DNA from: an uncultured Prevotellaceae bacterium
Lineage (GTDB): Bacteria > Bacteroidota > Bacteroidia > Bacteroidales > Muribaculaceae
Assembly: GCA_900317325.1 (NCBI GenBank)
Contig: ONGE01000001.1
Span: 161,891-225,890 of the forward strand
Direction: 5' to 3'
DNA: 64,000 bases
Made by a program: the position numbers and the translations under genes. The notes below the pieces were generated by a model. It did no database searches. It was given only the letters and a program-made list of their open reading frames with translations, and was not told the DNA's origin. Below, piece by piece: positions 9,015-18,550 of the stretch (its first letter is position 1; the number at the start of each line of letters is the position of its first letter).

Positions 9015-11609
9015 TCAGTTTCCCCTACCGCCACCGGGCGTGTTGCCAGCGCCGGTAGCGCCGGTAGCGCCGGTAGAGCCGCCGCCATTCTGCTTGCTGT
9101 TGCCGATGAGGTCATCATTCTCGATGGTCTTGCTGGTCTTCTTGACATAGGTCTTAAGCGAGCCGAAGCGGTAACTTACCGTGAGGACAAATTGCCGTGC
9201 CCATCGTCTGTTCTCGGAGCTGGACCAGCCTGTCACGTCGCCTTGGGTGGTATAGGACTTGTAGGTCATGGCGTTCCTGAAGGGGTTTGCCGCCATGAGT
9301 TGCACCGTCAAGCGGTCATCCTTGAGGAAGGAGCGCTGCAGACTCAGCCCGTGGAAGTTGACCGAACCCGAATGGCCATACACACTCGAGATGCCGCCGC
9401 ACCACATGCCGACGTAGGCCGAAGCCTGCAGTTTCCACGGCAGATACTGAGTGATGTTGGCAAAGAGGCTGCCGTTGAGGCGGTCGTTCTTCAAGTCAAG
9501 CTCGCGGCTCTTGTAATAGTCGTAACCGATAGAGCCGTTAAGCATGAGGCTGGTCTTCTGGAACGCCATCCACTGAACGAAGGCCGACAGCGAGGTGGAG
9601 TAGGTCTTGAGCGTGTTGGCATAGGTGGACACCTGCACCAGTCCCTCGGTCCATTTCATGGCCGAAATGCCGTTGCGGCTGAACTGGAACTGCGGGGTGA
9701 CGTTGAAGGTCAATTTGGGACCCACGCGCATGTAAGTCAGGCTCACCGAATGATAGTGCACGCTACCCAAGCCGATGTTACCGAAAGAACGGCTGGTGGG
9801 GCTCTCGACCACAGCAGGGTTCAGATAACTGATGTTGGGACGGTTGATGCTGGCGGCATAAGACAACTTGAGGCTGTTGGACCAGTCGAACTGGTAACGC
9901 ACGCTGGCACTGGGCACCCAATCGTTGAGATGGGCGTCGAAAGAAGGCTGTTCGCCGTTGGGGTAACTGGCACGCAGGTAGCTGTGCTCGTAGCGCAGGC
10001 CGGCACGGGCACTCCACGGGCCGCTGGTAAAGGTGTAGCTCACATAGGCAGCCCCCACTTGGGTGATGTGCCTGAAGCGCAGGTCGGTATCGGCATCAAT
10101 ACCCAGATAATCAAGCACATTGTGGCTGCGGTTCATGCGGTAGATGTACTTGACACCGGTCTCGAGGGTGTGCTTCGGGGCCAACGGGCGCGTCCAGTCG
10201 AGCTGGAAGGTGTGCTCGTTGAAGTTCTCCTTAGTGTTCTGGTCAATGCCTGTATAGGGTACCGGCATGTTGAACATGTCGATATATTGCGAGTTGTCAA
10301 TGGTCTTGCCGCGTGTAGCCGAGAGCATGTAGCTCAGCGTAATGGCTTCGCCCTTGCGGCGGGTGAGACGCTGGTAGTCCAGACGTCCGTCCATACTGTA
10401 GTAGTCGCTCTTGGAATTGCTGCCCATGCTGTAACTGTAGATGCGATCGCCTGCTGCATCGCGCATGAGCGTATTGGACATGCCGTCAACGCCGTAGTCA
10501 TAGGCATAACCGCTCAGCGAGAGCGAGACAAGGTTCAGCGAGTCGGGTTCCCAACTGGCACTCATGGTGCCGTAGTGGGCAGTCGTCTTGTCCATGTCCA
10601 TGACGCTGTTCGCCACCAATTCGGCACCGCTGTCGGTATAACGTGAGAACGAATTGCTGATGGATTTTGACTTGGATCTCGCGATATGTCCGTTGTCGTG
10701 CTGGAAGCCATAGTCGATCGAGGTCACCACCTTGTCAATCTGGGTGGTCAGGTTCAACGAACCTCCACCAGCGGCAAACTGGTTGACCATTGCCGAAGCC
10801 ATACCCGAGACGCCCTTGATGGCGGAGTGGTCGGCCATGACGATATTCAGGATGACGGTCGTGCCCTCGGCGTCATACTTGGCACCGGGTTCGGTAATCA
10901 CCTCAATGCGCTTGACGCTGCTGGCAGGCATTGCCTTGAGCAGGTCCTTGGCATTGCGCGAGAGCGAAGGGTCAGGGTGTCCGTTGCGGAAAATCTTGAA
11001 GTTGGTCTTGCCGTTGACGCGAATCTCGTCACTAGCGTCCACACTGACCATGGGCACCTTGCGTAACATGGTCAGCACGTTATTGGTTTTGCTGTCGGCA
11101 TCGGCCTCGACATTGTAGCCGATGCGGTCCACATCCTGCTTGATGAGCTGGCGCTGTGCAGTGACGGTCACGTCCTTCAGCTGGATGTTGTCAAACACGC
11201 TCAGCAGCGAGTCGTTGACCCAATCCTCGTCGTCGCTGGCAACAACGGGAGGATCATCGCGCTTCATGTTCAACGTCATCGAATAGCCCATAATCGTGAA
11301 GGCACCCTCCAGGGTGTTGCCCTTGAGCGTAGCATTGTAGGTGCCGCCGCCCTGGGGTTCGGTCACACTGATTTTATCGCCTTCGATGGTGGCATTGGTG
11401 GGCACGTCATAGAGTTGCTGCATCGGAGAGTCCATGGTCACCTTCAACTCCCCGCCTGACTGCTGGATGTGAAGCACCAGAGGAATGCTTTGCGGGCCCG
11501 CAATCATATCGCCACGCCACGTGCCGTTAAAATCCTGTGCCACCGTGATAAGACTCATCAGGGTGACCAGTGCGGCACAAAACAATCTTTTTAAAAATAT
11601 ACGTTTCAT
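9015..11609 (-). CDS. TonB-dependent receptor-like outer membrane beta-barrel protein with an extra N-terminal beta domain
   Basis: Signal peptide, LKDVTVTA box, plug-like LRKVPMVSVD and IEVITEPGAKYDAEG, amphipathic beta strands, VSYRFG near the C-terminus, Gly-rich tail. Confidence 0.88.
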   Translation of the reverse strand: MKRIFLKRLFCAALVTLMSLITVAQDFNGTWRGDMIAGPQSIPLVLHIQQSGGELKVTMDSPMQQLYDVPTNATIEGDKISVTEPQGGGTYNATLKGNTLEGAFTIMGYSMTLNMKRDDPPVVASDDEDWVNDSLLSVFDNIQLKDVTVTAQRQLIKQDVDRIGYNVEADADSKTNNVLTMLRKVPMVSVDASDEIRVNGKTNFKIFRNGHPDPSLSRNAKDLLKAMPASSVKRIEVITEPGAKYDAEGTTVILNIVMADHSAIKGVSGMASAMVNQFAAGGGSLNLTTQIDKVVTSIDYGFQHDNGHIARSKSKSISNSFSRYTDSGAELVANSVMDMDKTTAHYGTMSASWEPDSLNLVSLSLSGYAYDYGVDGMSNTLMRDAAGDRIYSYSMGSNSKSDYYSMDGRLDYQRLTRRKGEAITLSYMLSATRGKTIDNSQYIDMFNMPVPYTGIDQNTKENFNEHTFQLDWTRPLAPKHTLETGVKYIYRMNRSHNVLDYLGIDADTDLRFRHITQVGAAYVSYTFTSGPWSARAGLRYEHSYLRASYPNGEQPSFDAHLNDWVPSASVRYQFDWSNSLKLSYAASINRPNISYLNPAVVESPTSRSFGNIGLGSVHYHSVSLTYMRVGPKLTFNVTPQFQFSRNGISAMKWTEGLVQVSTYANTLKTYSTSLSAFVQWMAFQKTSLMLNGSIGYDYYKSRELDLKNDRLNGSLFANITQYLPWKLQASAYVGMWCGGISSVYGHSGSVNFHGLSLQRSFLKDDRLTVQLMAANPFRNAMTYKSYTTQGDVTGWSSSENRRWARQFVLTVSYRFGSLKTYVKKTSKTIENDDLIGNSKQNGGGSTGATGATGAGNTPGGGRGN

Positions 11610-11670
11610 ATCTAATCTAGGGTTCAGTGATTATCATTTTGCTTGTTAGACGCAACCGGGCGCCTAAAAA

Positions 11671-12255
11671 CTACACCGATTCCTGAACTTTTTGTTCAAG
11701 CTCCTGCAGCTTTTCTATTTCGGGGTCGAGAATGGGTTTCTTAGCCTTATTTTTCTTGTCAGTAAACATGATGAACCTTATCCACAGAGCGAACATGGCG
11801 ATGCCGCCCAGCACGGCAAGATACAACGGGCACCAGCGCATCAAGACCACCCCTACAAGCAATGAGACAGGAACCGACAGGCCATAAAGGCCGTATTTGC
11901 TCTTCTGTTCTTCATCTTCAAGGCAAGCCAGCATTTCCTGTGAAGTGTCGGCATGAAGAACCTTGTGGGCAACCAAAGCCTTATAACCATTAGACAATGC
12001 CCATATCAGCCAGAAGGCTACTATAAAAAACAGCTTAACCCCGTTAGAACTCACATGCACAATCAGTGCGGCAATCGAAAGGAGCCCACACATTAACGCC
12101 GATACGATATCAAACCAAAACTTAAAACGATAATTCTGTCTGATGATACGCTTGCGCATCGCTATCTGCTTGTTCAGCTTCTCTCGGTCAGCACTCATTG
12201 CCGATTGGTCCCTGACTGAACTGCCGTTGGTAATATCGGTTTTAACCTGTTCCAT
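11671..12255 (-). CDS. Small membrane protein, paralog 1 of a four-member family
   Basis: 194 aa, about 4 TM, motif ADTSQEMLACLE, C-terminal EIEKLQEL. Confidence 0.75.
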   Translation of the reverse strand: MEQVKTDITNGSSVRDQSAMSADREKLNKQIAMRKRIIRQNYRFKFWFDIVSALMCGLLSIAALIVHVSSNGVKLFFIVAFWLIWALSNGYKALVAHKVLHADTSQEMLACLEDEEQKSKYGLYGLSVPVSLLVGVVLMRWCPLYLAVLGGIAMFALWIRFIMFTDKKNKAKKPILDPEIEKLQELEQKVQESV

Positions 12256-12283
12256 GATAAAACGGTGATTTATATGTCATTAA

Positions 12284-12793
12284 TCATTTACCTTGACCTA
12301 CCAGCTCCCGCAAGCGCTTAATGTCATCGTATCGATTACGGTTCAACAAATAGATGAGAACGAACAAAAACACCAGCGCCGCCGCCAAAATCAGAAACAC
12401 CATGAGATCGTCGAGCCAGAAGTACAAGGATAGAAGAAATACCACTCCCAGGGGTATCGTATACAGATAGGTCTTTTTATTGTAATTATCAATCGCCGCC
12501 AGCAACTTGACCGGGGTCTCACTCTGTGAAACAGCCTTAACATATTTTACAGACATGACAATGGATACTAAGAAGGTGATTACCAGGACAGCATCAAAGC
12601 ATAATTTGGCGATATTCTCGGTATCCCATTGATGGGTTGAATCAATGGGGTATAAATCCCTAAAGAGATACACCATCCACATGATCATAAAAGGCACCAT
12701 CCACCATTTGGTGTATTTGTTCTGGTAACTGACAGTGTCCTTGATGCGGTCCATCAACACCTCTTGTTCGTTGTAATTAGAATCCTGTTCCAT
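12284..12793 (-). CDS. Small membrane protein, paralog 2
   Basis: 169 aa, about 4 TM, motif SETPVKLLAAID, C-terminal DIKRLRELV. Confidence 0.75.
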   Translation of the reverse strand: MEQDSNYNEQEVLMDRIKDTVSYQNKYTKWWMVPFMIMWMVYLFRDLYPIDSTHQWDTENIAKLCFDAVLVITFLVSIVMSVKYVKAVSQSETPVKLLAAIDNYNKKTYLYTIPLGVVFLLSLYFWLDDLMVFLILAAALVFLFVLIYLLNRNRYDDIKRLRELVGQGK

Positions 12794-12943
12794 ATTTTCA
12801 AACAGTTTTTAATCGTTTTTTACCTGTGAGGCGCATTCAGGCATCAAATAACTACAGTTTTCAGCCATTTCAACCCAAACAAAAACCTTTTTTAATACTT
12901 TATTACCTAGCCGATGAGTTGTTCGTCATGATGTCTCCGGCTA

Positions 12944-13468
12944 TTATTCTTTAGAGAGCAAGTCGCGCAGGCGTTCTAATTCTTTTTCAACGGGCTTCTT
13001 ATCTCCCTTGTTAAAATGGGACCATACGAGAAAACCGATAATGATGAGCGCAAGAGCAGAAAACAGCAAAGTTGTTGCCAAACTGACTTTTCCGAAATCA
13101 GAATAGATGTCATAACCTATGTACAAAACCAGCACAAACGCTGCTATGTAGCCAAAAATCTTATTAGCCTTAGTATACTTATCGTACATGTCCACCAACC
13201 GATGAGCGTCTTCACATTTACTCATCTTCTTTTTCCACCAAGTATCAAAACCAAAGAGGGCAAGAAGAAAAGCCGGTAAAGTCCATCGCGTAGACGCCCA
13301 ATCGCCGGTGACTAAACCCATGACTATATTGTACACTATAAGGAGCAGTACAAGGCCTCCACACCCGATGTTGTTCTTTGCATCAGAGTCAAACTCGCGC
13401 TTGATGTCCTCAATCAGTTCATCCTTGCTGAATTTCTCGACCCAATCTTTCTTTTCTTGTTGTTCCAT
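12944..13468 (-). CDS. Small membrane protein, paralog 3
   Basis: Start at MEQQEKK; about 4 TM, motif CEDAHRLVDMYD, C-terminal ELERLRDLL. Confidence 0.75.
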   Translation of the reverse strand: MEQQEKKDWVEKFSKDELIEDIKREFDSDAKNNIGCGGLVLLLIVYNIVMGLVTGDWASTRWTLPAFLLALFGFDTWWKKKMSKCEDAHRLVDMYDKYTKANKIFGYIAAFVLVLYIGYDIYSDFGKVSLATTLLFSALALIIIGFLVWSHFNKGDKKPVEKELERLRDLLSKE

Positions 13469-13609
13469 ATCATTATTATTTTTATTGTTTTTACTTATTA
13501 GACGCAACAGGAGCCGAAAAACTACAGAAGAATCCATGTTTTTTTACTTGGCATTATTTTTGCAGCATCAATTAACGTGAACAATAACAAATCTAATTGA
13601 ATTAAGGAT

Positions 13610-13927
13610 ATGATACTATCGACAACTCCCCAAATTGAGGGTTACAGCATCCGTGAGTACAAGGGCGTGGTTACAGGTGAGACCATCATCGGCGCCAATT
13701 TCTTGAAAGACATTTTTGCCGCTGTACGCGACTTCGTGGGCGGCCGCTCGGCAGCCTATGAGAAGGTATTGCGCGAGGCCAAAGACACCGCCATGCAGGA
13801 AATGATGGAACGCGCTCAGCAGATGGGTGCCAACGCTATCGTGGGCATCGACATCGACTACGAGACCATCGGTCAAGGCAACTCGATGCTCATGGTCGCC
13901 ACCAGCGGCACCGCCGTGGTCATCTGA
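13610..13927 (+). CDS. YbjQ / UPF0145 family protein
   Basis: [27 protein letters not shown]...[11 protein letters not shown]...[13 protein letters not shown]...[11 protein letters not shown]. Confidence 0.92.
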   Translation: MILSTTPQIEGYSIREYKGVVTGETIIGANFLKDIFAAVRDFVGGRSAAYEKVLREAKDTAMQEMMERAQQMGANAIVGIDIDYETIGQGNSMLMVATSGTAVVI

Positions 13928-13961
13928 TTTTTCTACTACGAATTACGCTATTTTTTAACGC

Positions 13962-14000
13962 CAGCATCCGCACCCCATTTTTTCTGAGGTGCGGATGCTG
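13962..14000. terminator. Bidirectional terminator between convergent YbjQ and GH31 genes
   Basis: 13-bp perfect stem CAGCATCCGCACC / GGTGCGGATGCTG. Confidence 0.75.
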
Positions 14001-14032
14001 AAATTTGTACACTGCGTGAAACTTGTAGTTTC

Positions 14033-16402
14033 CTATTTTGAGATTTCAATGATTGTGGCCTCGTTGATATCGGCGATGTTGACAGGAATGGTGAGGGTGG
14101 CAGTGCGCTTGTCGTAGACCACGCCGGCAGCTTTCCTACCGTTTATTTTCACCTTGCCCTGCTTGGTCGTGGCAGGGATGATCAGGCGATATTCCTTGTT
14201 GGGGGTGTCGCCATTAATGTTACCCTTGCCCTGGATGGTGATGAAGCAGTTCTTGCCCTGAGGTGTGGCGGTGAACTGAATCTCGCGGTGCTTCTCCCTG
14301 TCGAGCGTGCCCGTGGACTGCAGGTCATCGTCAAACAGGGTGAACGTTGACGGAGTGCTGCTGGTGTAATACACGATGTCAAGTTTGTCGGGGTTGTAGT
14401 CACCCACATTATCCATCGGGTAGTTGGCCTGCGGGATGAAGGCTCCGGCGCGGACAAACAGCGGCAGTACCTCGAGCGGTGCGGCGTAGTTGACGGTCGT
14501 GTGACCTGCATAGCGCTTCTCGGGATGATTGATATCGACCCAAGTTCCCTCGGGGAAAGTGATGTCGCGGCTCACGGCGCCCTGTTGCATCACGGGAGCA
14601 ACCATCACGTCATGGCCCCACAGGTATTGATCCCAAATATTGTCATAGCGAGCGATATTCTTATCGTCCTCGTAGAAGCCCAGCGGACGCACCATCGGCA
14701 GACCGTTGCGCGCGTTTTCATAAGCCAGCGTGTAGTTATAGGGCAACCAGGTGTAGCGCTGCTTGATGATGCGCAGCGTGAGGTCGCCGAACTCGGTATA
14801 GTGATAAGGCTCGGCATGATAGGTCGAGTGGGTGCGCAGCATGGGCGAGAACAAGCCTAGCTGCAGCCAGCGGATGTAGAGTTCGCCGTCGCGCTTATTG
14901 GCAGGATCAACGGCAAAGCCGCCCACGTCGTGCGACATGTAGCCCAGACCGCTCAGGCCCGCATTGAGCATGATGGTCACCTGGGGCTGCAGACCGCCCC
15001 ACGAGCGGGACACGTCGGTTGACCAGGGAAAGACCGAATAGCGCTGCAGGCCAGCCGTACCGGCCCGCATCATGACCATCGGGCGACGGTCAGGGTAATC
15101 CTCCTTGAACATGTCATAGATGATGCGGCTCCACTCGTTGCCGTAGTAGTTGTGGTACTGCTCAGCGGTCAGGCCGTTGTAGTGGCGGATTTCCAGCGGA
15201 TGCTTCTCGGGCTCGCCAAGGTCTCCCCACCAGCCGGTCACGCCCTCGTCGGTGAGGGATTTATAACGGTTGTGCAGCCACTGGCGCGTGGCGGGGTTGG
15301 ACACGTCAAACATGCCGCCCTGTCCCACCCAGATGGTGACCGTGTGGGTCGTGTCGGCGCCGTCGGTCTTGCAGAAGATGCCTTGAGGATCCAACAACTT
15401 GTAGTTGTCGATGGCGCGGCCGTTGGTTAGCACATAGGGCTGTGAGATGGTCACCACGTTGACGCCCTTCTGCTTGAAATTGCGCAACATGCCACGATGG
15501 TCGGGCCACTGCTGCTTGTCCCACTCCAGACGTCCCATGTCCTCCTCCTTGCCGTACCAGTACAGGTCGAACACGATGCCGTCGAGCGGATAGCCCTCAC
15601 GCTTGAGGGTATCGACCACGCCCTCGCTCTCGCGCTGGTCACGGTAGCCATATTTAGAGGTGATGTAGCCCAGCGTCCACAGTGGCGGCAGCTCCTGACG
15701 GCCCACGAGCCAGGTGAAGTTCCTGACCACATTTTCCACCTTGCCGTTGCCACCGATGACATAATAGGACACCGGCTGCGGCGACGTGGTGGTATATTGG
15801 ATTTGATCGCCCAGATAGAGCGAGGACTTGCAGAAGTCGTCAAAGAAGATGCCATAGCCCTTGGATGAAATCACCATCGGCATGGTGATGCCCATCAGTT
15901 TGGTGCGCTTCTCGCCCATCTGGTAGCCATAGTTCTGGCTGTTGTAGTTGATGAGCGTATCGCCGGCCAGGTTGAACGAGTAGCCACGCTCGCCCGCACC
16001 GTAGAACGACTCCTGGCCGTAGTGCAGCAGCGTCAGCTTCGATGAGCCGCGGTCACACAGGTCGGTGATGTAATAACCATTGCGGCAGCCCACCGTGATG
16101 CTGCCCATGGTCCTGTCCAGCACCACCTTCATGCCGCTGCCGGTGCGCATCACACTCATGTCCTCCAACTCCTCGACGTTAATCTCGGCCTTGGCGGTCT
16201 TGTCCAGTGCCAGCGATGGCAGGCGTGTGCCGTTCCACCCGTCGGGCACCACATCCACACGCACAATGTCCTCGCCCACGGCAGTCACCGTTACGGTCTG
16301 GTGGCGTGTTGCGTCGTTAAACGTCATCGTTGCCTGCTGTGCCAGAGCCGTCAGTGCCAGCATCGCCACAGCGAGAATTGATGTCATCCTGTAAAGTTTC
16401 AT
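14033..16402 (-). CDS. Secreted glycoside hydrolase family 31 (alpha-glucosidase or alpha-transglucosylase)
   Basis: Signal peptide; YGAGER, LDGIVFDLYW, WWGDLGEPE nucleophile region, WSTDVSRSW acid/base region, SHDVGGF, ELYIRWLQLG, PLFVRAGAFIP. Confidence 0.93.
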   Translation of the reverse strand: MKLYRMTSILAVAMLALTALAQQATMTFNDATRHQTVTVTAVGEDIVRVDVVPDGWNGTRLPSLALDKTAKAEINVEELEDMSVMRTGSGMKVVLDRTMGSITVGCRNGYYITDLCDRGSSKLTLLHYGQESFYGAGERGYSFNLAGDTLINYNSQNYGYQMGEKRTKLMGITMPMVISSKGYGIFFDDFCKSSLYLGDQIQYTTTSPQPVSYYVIGGNGKVENVVRNFTWLVGRQELPPLWTLGYITSKYGYRDQRESEGVVDTLKREGYPLDGIVFDLYWYGKEEDMGRLEWDKQQWPDHRGMLRNFKQKGVNVVTISQPYVLTNGRAIDNYKLLDPQGIFCKTDGADTTHTVTIWVGQGGMFDVSNPATRQWLHNRYKSLTDEGVTGWWGDLGEPEKHPLEIRHYNGLTAEQYHNYYGNEWSRIIYDMFKEDYPDRRPMVMMRAGTAGLQRYSVFPWSTDVSRSWGGLQPQVTIMLNAGLSGLGYMSHDVGGFAVDPANKRDGELYIRWLQLGLFSPMLRTHSTYHAEPYHYTEFGDLTLRIIKQRYTWLPYNYTLAYENARNGLPMVRPLGFYEDDKNIARYDNIWDQYLWGHDVMVAPVMQQGAVSRDITFPEGTWVDINHPEKRYAGHTTVNYAAPLEVLPLFVRAGAFIPQANYPMDNVGDYNPDKLDIVYYTSSTPSTFTLFDDDLQSTGTLDREKHREIQFTATPQGKNCFITIQGKGNINGDTPNKEYRLIIPATTKQGKVKINGRKAAGVVYDKRTATLTIPVNIADINEATIIEISK

Positions 16403-16453
16403 CGTCTATCTATTGATTTTAATTAATAATTCTCAAGACAGCATGCATTGAAG

Positions 16454-17119
16454 TCAAGCATTGCCCTCGCTTTCTTTCAAGAGTGCCCGCAGTTGCCTCA
16501 ACTCATGTTTAGACTCTGCGTCTTCATCTCCATCTTCTCCTCCAAGTCCTGCACCAAACAACTTTTCCCCTTTAAAAACTGAAAGCATCAATATTAAAAA
16601 GCCTATTCCCTCAAGGAGGTCAAGTCCAGAGAAATAGAGGAGCGCACTCTCGGCAACCAGCAGCATCATCGCCACCCATAGCCTGAGCTTTTGGTTCATG
16701 ACCAGCCAATTAGCCACCAAGAACAACACAACGGCCAACACTTTACATGTTTTAGACACAAGGTTACCGTCGTCCAACAGGACCAAGCCGACCATAAAAG
16801 CCAGCAAAAGAACTGACTCCAAAATCCACTTCCTATCATAGACGGCCAATAATTCCTGAGGTGTTTCGGCGCGGGCCATTTTCCTGCCATAAATAATCTC
16901 AAAAAGTCCAAACAGGAGCAGACCTGCCCCAATGGTGAAAAACAGAGATGCACCCTCATAGCCATTATCGTGAATATCGAATAATAAGTAGGCCCCAAAG
17001 GTAAAAGGTAACACCGACAAGATGATGAGCCATTTGAGCTTACCATAGTTCCTGGTAATTGACCGCTGGATGCTTCCCATCAACCATTCAATCTCTTTAT
17101 TTCTTTCTTCTTCGGTCAT
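16454..17119 (-). CDS. Small membrane protein, paralog 4
   Basis: Start MTEEERNK; several TM segments, motif AETPQELLAVYD, C-terminal ELRQLRALL; own -7 box (CAAAGATA on + strand at 17145-17152). Confidence 0.75.
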   Translation of the reverse strand: MTEEERNKEIEWLMGSIQRSITRNYGKLKWLIILSVLPFTFGAYLLFDIHDNGYEGASLFFTIGAGLLLFGLFEIIYGRKMARAETPQELLAVYDRKWILESVLLLAFMVGLVLLDDGNLVSKTCKVLAVVLFLVANWLVMNQKLRLWVAMMLLVAESALLYFSGLDLLEGIGFLILMLSVFKGEKLFGAGLGGEDGDEDAESKHELRQLRALLKESEGNA

Positions 17120-17231
17120 AAAACTAATCACTGGTTATCATCGGCAAAGATAAAAGAAATATCCAATAAAACGATGACATTTTGTTAAAAAAAGAAAGCG
17201 GACTGGCCTGCAAGCCTTAGAAATGAAAAAT

Positions 17232-17266
17232 GAAGGGCTCGCCAAGGTCATTTTGGCAAGCCCTCC
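17232..17266 (-). terminator. Terminator of the DUF6717-vWA/macro transcript
   Basis: Imperfect stem GAAGGGCTCGCCAA / TTGGCAAGCCCTCC, followed by a T-rich run on the minus strand. Confidence 0.6.
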
Positions 17267-17360
17267 AATCGGGGTAAACAAGTCGGGGTGTGTTCTTCAG
17301 CCTTGTGGAGTAAAACAGTTATTCAATACTATTGGTAACCTTGAGGGTTTCCTTCCCGGC

Positions 17361-18482
17361 TCACTTGCGGAACATCTTGAGGCCGAGGATTTCCCAGAAG
17401 TCCTCAGGCAAGCAGATGTTCTCGATCTTGATGGCATCAACAAACACGCGAGCCACATCACGCACGTCGCGGCCCGCGTTGCCGCAACCCACGCGGGTGA
17501 CCAGGAAGCGTTTCTCGGGGTGTGCGGCGGCATAACTGATGAAACGCTGCACTGCCTGGGCGAACAGGATGTGGTCGCCCGTGGCGGGGATGGCGTAGCT
17601 CTGGCCCTGCATACCCTCGCCCTGGCCCTCAATGGCACCGAAGTGCTTCACGGCATGGGCTGCGGCACCGCCGGCATGGTGCCCCTCGGGATTGCTGCCG
17701 AAGACAAAGACCTCGCCTTCGGCCAGCTGATCGATCCAGTCGGGAGTGATGCGGTCGGCATAGTAGGCGCGGGCATTGGCACGACGAATGGCCATTTTCC
17801 TCTCAAGGGTTGCTTTTGAGTCAAAGTCGCGGTTCATGCGCTCATAGTAGGCGCGCTTGGACGAGCTGTCGCGGTGCCACGTGTTGGATGCGCCCACATC
17901 ATTGTGGTCGAACGCCATGACATGGTCGATGGACAACTTCATGGTCACCTCCACCACATCGTGGCACGAGCCCATGTAGGAGAAAGACCAACCCTCTTCC
18001 TTGAGGCGCTCGATGAGTTTGCGCAGTGCCTCGCCTGACCACTCGCGGGAAGCGTTCTCCAGACCGTCGGTGATGACTGTCACAACAGCAGTGGCATTCT
18101 CATCGTCCTTGATGCGCTCGTGCAGCCTGGTCAGTGACTGGCCCATGGCGTCGAACAAGGGCGTGCAGCCACGGGGTCTGTAGTCATGGAAGTCATGCAC
18201 GCCGGCGATGGGCATGGCATCGATGTGGGTGCGGACGAGAGGCACGCCGCCACCGCGTTCGTCAAAGCACACCAGTGTGAGGAAGTGCTGCTGCTTGTCG
18301 GCAAAATCTTCCTGCGCCTTCCTGATGGTGGCGATGGTCTCGTTGATGCCGCTGATGGTCACCTGCTCCAGGCCACCCATCGAGCCGCTCTCATCGACGA
18401 TGATGAGGTTGTAGATGTGGGCCTTGTCGGGGTCAACAGCCTGTACATTCCTGTTCTCGTTGTTCTTGATCTGATCGTTCAT
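17361..18482 (-). CDS. vWA domain protein fused to a C-terminal A1S_2505-type macrodomain-like domain
   Basis: MIDAS motif IVDESGSM, TPLFDA, VITDGLEN; C-terminal EVFVFGSNPEGHHAGGAA, GEGMQGQSYAIP, FLVTRVGCGNAG. Confidence 0.85.
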   Translation of the reverse strand: MNDQIKNNENRNVQAVDPDKAHIYNLIIVDESGSMGGLEQVTISGINETIATIRKAQEDFADKQQHFLTLVCFDERGGGVPLVRTHIDAMPIAGVHDFHDYRPRGCTPLFDAMGQSLTRLHERIKDDENATAVVTVITDGLENASREWSGEALRKLIERLKEEGWSFSYMGSCHDVVEVTMKLSIDHVMAFDHNDVGASNTWHRDSSSKRAYYERMNRDFDSKATLERKMAIRRANARAYYADRITPDWIDQLAEGEVFVFGSNPEGHHAGGAAAHAVKHFGAIEGQGEGMQGQSYAIPATGDHILFAQAVQRFISYAAAHPEKRFLVTRVGCGNAGRDVRDVARVFVDAIKIENICLPEDFWEILGLKMFRK

Positions 18483-18550
18483 AGCAATAATGTGTTAAAA
18501 TGTTGATGATTGTTGATTGAATGCGTCTATGAGATAAATCCTGCTTGAGG

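Noticed and set aside
8146-9076. 9-bp triple repeats (HKG x3 at 8146-8175; TGA x3 near 9049-9076) as phase-variation switches
   Set aside because: They are in frame and short, so slippage would only change linker length
9192-10646. 484-aa plus-strand ORF, and similar long antisense ORFs (e.g. 22899-23987, 44671-45729, 53044-54672, 57382-58665, 62471-63535)
   Set aside because: They lie wholly opposite well-supported genes, show no recognisable motifs and are expected shadows of GC3-rich codon usage
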